From Candidatus Parcubacteria bacterium (GTDB taxonomy: Bacteria; Patescibacteriota; Minisyncoccia; Minisyncoccales; JAGMDC01), in NCBI GenBank assembly GCA_023131895.1, contig JAGLYZ010000002.1, forward strand, positions 1 to 41,363: a stretch of DNA of 41,363 nt. The letters are read 5' to 3'. Each line of letters opens with the position of its first letter. The stretch's first letter is position 1. The notes beneath the pieces were generated by a model. It was not told the origin of the DNA. It did not search any database and saw nothing but the letters and a program-made list of their open reading frames with translations. Shown piece after piece: positions 39,686 to 41,363 of the stretch. The position numbers and the translations under genes are program-made.

Positions 39686-40747
39686 TTATCCCAGTAAGCG
39701 GATGGCAGTGCCGATTATGGCGAGGACAACTCCGATAATCCAGAAACGCATTGTCACCTGATAAGGAGGCCAGCCCTTTGCTTCAAAGTGATGATGGATC
39801 GGCGTACAGAGCCAAATTTTCTTTTTCCGAAATTTCTTGGATAAAAGCTGTAATATAACAGAACTTACTTCAATTACTAATATGCCCCCAATTATAGGCA
39901 AGATAATTAAAGAATCAGTTAAAAAAGCAACTACAGCTAATGTAGTGGTTAGTCCTAATATGCCTGTTTCTCCCATATAAAATTTAGCTGGAGGGATATT
40001 AAACCATAAAAAAGCAAAAAGAGTCCCAGTGATAGCAATACAAAAAGCAGCTAAATCTATTTTTCCTTGGGAAAAAGCAATAATAGCAAAAGCGCCGAAA
40101 ATAGAAGCGAAAACTCCGCCAGCCAAGCCGTCAATGCCGTCAACCACCCCGCTGCTCCAACAAGCAAGCATAGTTACAATAAATAAAAGAATATACCAAC
40201 AACCTAAAGAAAAATCGCCTACTAAAGGAATATGCATAGAATCCCAGCCAAGCTTGCTATAGAACCACCAAGCGCCGATTACTCCAATTATAATTACCAT
40301 TAGCATCCGTCTTTTAAAAGCCATACCGCCGGCAATATATCTTCCTTTGCCAAAAACCTGTAAAATATCATCGGATAGTCCAACTATAGATGCAGTGACT
40401 AAAGTAAACAAAGGCAGCCAGGTTTCTCCACGAGACAAAAAATTTAAAGATTTTAACCACCAAACATCTGAAAATTTACTTATTAAATAAAATAGAAAAA
40501 TAACTATAAGAACAGAACACCAAATTATCAAACCTCCTGCCCTAGGCACAGTGACTTCTCTGTCCTTGTGCAGACAATAAAATACTTCGGCTTTGTCTCC
40601 AGTAATAGTTTTGGTTCTCGCTTGTTTTTTCCAGAATTTGATTTTGTATAAAAATTTAATCAGCAAAGGCGCTAAAGCAATAGCAATAATTGCCGTAAAA
40701 GATGAAATAAGAAAAATTTTGATTATACTAAAAATAAATAAAGTCAT
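39686..40747 (-). CDS. mraY: Phospho-MurNAc-pentapeptide translocase MraY
   Basis: 10-TM protein with GLSDDILQVFGKG, VDGIDGLAGG and HHHFE motifs. Confidence 0.95.
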   Translation of the reverse strand: MTLFIFSIIKIFLISSFTAIIAIALAPLLIKFLYKIKFWKKQARTKTITGDKAEVFYCLHKDREVTVPRAGGLIIWCSVLIVIFLFYLISKFSDVWWLKSLNFLSRGETWLPLFTLVTASIVGLSDDILQVFGKGRYIAGGMAFKRRMLMVIIIGVIGAWWFYSKLGWDSMHIPLVGDFSLGCWYILLFIVTMLACWSSGVVDGIDGLAGGVFASIFGAFAIIAFSQGKIDLAAFCIAITGTLFAFLWFNIPPAKFYMGETGILGLTTTLAVVAFLTDSLIILPIIGGILVIEVSSVILQLLSKKFRKKKIWLCTPIHHHFEAKGWPPYQVTMRFWIIGVVLAIIGTAIRLLG

Positions 40748-41363
40748 AATTTTTTTCTACCCAGTTTATTAATTTTTTCATTTCTTCAAATCTGTCTTCT
40801 GAACCCAAAATAACATTTATCATATAACCATGTCCTTTTTTAAAAACTAAAATAAGGCAACCTTGGGCTTCAGGCGTCCAGCCGGTTTTGCTTCCAATAA
40901 TTTTTCTCTGCCATTCAGAATCTGATAAAAGTTCATTTGTATTCGCTGGAATAAAATGGTGAAGAGAACCGTCAACGTTAAAAACCTCATATGAGGTTTT
41001 AGAGCTTATCTCAAAAATTTCAGGATAATTGTTTAAAATATATTTAGATAGCTTTGCCAGATCTTGGCTAGTAGAATAATGTTTTGAGAAATTCTCTGGC
41101 TTGTCTTCGTCTACGCCAGTGGGATTAAAAAAATGAGTACTTTCCAGGTCTAAATCTTTTACTTTGAGATTCATCATTTCCACGAATTTTTCTTCTCCTA
41201 TGCATTCTTCTTGTCCGACGATTTTTCCTTCAGCTAAAGCGTATGCAGCGTCATTACTTGACTCAATAAGAATAATGTGTAAAAGATTCTTTACAGAAAG
41301 AACCTCTCCTTGTTTTAAATTGCCTTTTTCTTCTTCTTGTTGAATAGCCTCTTTAGTGATTAT
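40728..41363 (-). CDS. D-alanyl-D-alanine carboxypeptidase (S11, PBP5-like), 5'-truncated by the window edge
   Basis: The reading frame stays open to the window end. My translation of 41184-41363 gives ...LLHIILIESSNDAAYALAE (SxN motif), and a KTGWT (KTG) motif lies downstream. The stop overlaps the mraY start by 20 nt. Confidence 0.8.
   Translation of the reverse strand: MITKEAIQQEEEKGNLKQGEVLSVKNLLHIILIESSNDAAYALAEGKIVGQEECIGEEKFVEMMNLKVKDLDLESTHFFNPTGVDEDKPENFSKHYSTSQDLAKLSKYILNNYPEIFEISSKTSYEVFNVDGSLHHFIPANTNELLSDSEWQRKIIGSKTGWTPEAQGCLILVFKKGHGYMINVILGSEDRFEEMKKLINWVEKNYDFIYF

Overview
This is an AT-rich bacterial chromosome segment (roughly one-third G+C by eye, not computed). Genes are tightly packed and many overlap at ATGA or TAATG junctions. 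The standard genetic code applies, since TGA is used as a stop. Gene content and style suggest a Patescibacteria/CPR (Parcubacteria-like) genome, but that is inference only. Gene order: 3' end of 23S rRNA and 5S rRNA; mreC-mreD-PBP2; lysS; serS, an alpha/beta hydrolase, a membrane-anchored murF and a FemAB-like gene; ftsQ; two tandem GT39/ArnT-like glycosyltransferases (minus strand); grpE, DUF3467, tRNA-Ile, tRNA-Ala, dnaK, dnaJ, tRNA-Lys; an HD protein; a small membrane protein with GT4, UbiA and a flippase-like gene; maf, an NDT-like gene and a NUDIX gene; ctp; rplI-pyrG convergent with rpmA; a GGR-like flavoprotein with uppS; a XerC/D-type recombinase with orphan small genes; and a minus-strand dcw block (dac-like, mraY, a 486-aa PP-loop-like protein, two micro-genes, murD, ftsW, murG, gltX). 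I found no CRISPR array, transposase or recognisable defence system. Six signals are not explained by ordinary annotation. (1) Short GC-rich perfect palindromes sharing a GAGAAC-N-GTTCTC core sit in-frame inside unrelated genes. (2) A family of roughly 100-130 nt intergenic elements has conserved AT-rich inverted termini and GC-rich cores. (3) A PP-loop-like protein between mraY and murD may be a MurL-type stem-peptide epimerase or modifier. (4) Three micro-ORF cassettes carry near-consensus promoters and AGGAGG Shine-Dalgarno sites, while most other genes lack a Shine-Dalgarno site and several look leaderless. (5) Tandem AACAT octamer repeats flank the chaperone genes. (6) Two tRNAs have C at the normally invariant U55 position.
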